Shown: positions 25,416-26,375 of the stretch, piece by piece
Position numbering within the stretch: the first letter of the stretch is position 1
How the letters are laid out: every line of letters starts with the position of its first letter
Origin: Thermotogota bacterium
GTDB lineage: Bacteria > Thermotogota > Thermotogae > Petrotogales > Kosmotogaceae
DNA: 26,375 nt
Assembly (NCBI GenBank): GCA_034660555.1
Contig: JAYEJL010000010.1
Span: 1 to 26,375 of the forward strand
Reading direction: 5' to 3'
Notes under the pieces: generated by a model
Database searches by the model: none
What the model was told of the DNA's origin: nothing
What the model saw: only the letters and a program-made list of their open reading frames with translations
Position numbers and translations under genes: made by a program

Positions 25416-26375
25416 ATGGTGCATTTTTATAATGTGGTTCTGATGGGTTACTATGGTTATTCCAATCTTGGAGACGATCTTTTATTTTTAACAACACTTC
25501 ATATCATCTCAAAGCATTCTCATATAAAGAATGTATTTGTTCCTGCTCCTAAGAGGCTTGAACGCTTAGAAAAGTTCTTCCCAAAAAAACTGAACGTGGA
25601 AATTATAAACAGATATAGTCCATTATCTGTTTCCAGAGCAATAAGTAAATCCCATGCTACGATCTTTGGCGGAGGTAATTTATTTCAGGATGAAACAAGT
25701 AATCGTAGTTTCATATACTACTATTTCACAGCAAAGCGTACCCTTTCCTTAGTTCGCCCATTAATACTACTATCACAGGGTTTTGGCCCTGTAGAAAACC
25801 CAAGGAATTTGCAGAGACTGAAAAAAATAGTAAACTCTCCTCTGACATATGGTTTGTTAAGAGATATAAATTCTTTCCATTATGCTTCCGAGAATTCCGA
25901 CAATTTCACATTGTCTGTAGATTATGGTCCGCTTTTCTTAATGAGCAAATTGGACAATATAAAACAAACAAGGGACGCAAAGTTGGCAACTATTGTTTTA
26001 AAAGACGGCATCAGGGTAGATGAAATCATTAAAATACTTAAAGCGAAAGGAATAGAAAAGATTTTTGTTATTGGATTTCAAAACCACAGAGAAAAAGCAC
26101 TTATTGAATCATCTGCATTGCAGGCCAGAAAATCAGGTTTAGAGATTTTGAGAACATCAGACAACTGGAAAGATATTATCACAAATATCTCTAATTCACG
26201 CATTGTAATCACTGAAAGACTTCATGGCGGACTTTTGTCTCTTTATTTTGGTGTGCCATTCATATGGTTGAAAGGAAAAAAGTTAGATGAGGTACTTTCT
26301 TCAACAATTGAAAATTATGATCTCTCATACTCTTCTGAAACTGGTAATTTATCTGAAATTATTAATGAAGCCATT
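25416..26375 (+). CDS. csaB: Polysaccharide pyruvyl transferase CsaB-like (runs off window end; absent from the ORF track)
   Basis: Hand translation gives MVHFYNVVLMGYYGYSNLGDDLL...IFGGGNLFQDETSNRSFIYY...SQGFGP...ITERLHG. Start is ATG 25416 or GTG 25419. Confidence 0.85.
   Translation, partial: MVHFYNVVLMGYYGYSNLGDDLLFLTTLHIISKHSHIKNVFVPAPKRLERLEKFFPKKLNVEIINRYSPLSVSRAISKSHATIFGGGNLFQDETSNRSFIYYYFTAKRTLSLVRPLILLSQGFGPVENPRNLQRLKKIVNSPLTYGLLRDINSFHYASENSDNFTLSVDYGPLFLMSKLDNIKQTRDAKLATIVLKDGIRVDEIIKILKAKGIEKIFVIGFQNHREKALIESSALQARKSGLEILRTSDNWKDIITNISNSRIVITERLHGGLLSLYFGVPFIWLKGKKLDEVLSSTIENYDLSYSSETGNLSEIINEAI

Noticed and set aside
1..26375. CRISPR array, IS/transposase, integrase, prophage, tRNA, rRNA or defence system
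   Set aside because: No spaced repeats or relevant protein motifs were seen. Intergenic gaps are all under ~250 nt and are explained by promoters and hairpins.

Overview
AT-rich bacterial chromosome segment made up mostly of housekeeping genes. Protein character and gene order (rimP-nusA-fur, comEC-apgM-csaB, archaeal-type apgM, a BMP protein without a lipobox) suggest Thermotogota; this is recognition from memory, not a database result. Layout: (+) 3' end of rex, udk, an unknown 770-aa 7-TM protein and a BMP/Nup-type nucleoside ABC transporter, ending at a bidirectional terminator; (-) an 8-gene coupled run ftcD-hutI-rlmH-CNNM/CorC-cdd-NUDIX-gltX-cysS; (+) DUF2520/PanG-like-panB-mscS-birA; (-) an S4-domain gene and an unknown 450-aa exported protein; (+) rimP (with leader terminator)-nusA-fur; (-) comEC and apgM; (+) csaB, cut off by the window end. 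No mobile element, CRISPR array, tRNA or rRNA was seen. Best leads: (1) an orphan + strand promoter and terminator at 19024-19107 predicting a ~50-nt RNA that is complementary to the ribosome-binding site of the neighbouring exported-protein gene; (2) the uncharacterised, internally repeated 770-aa membrane protein coupled to the nucleoside transporter; (3) overlapping alternative hairpins between the binding-protein and ATPase genes; (4) a possible ACG start codon for panB.
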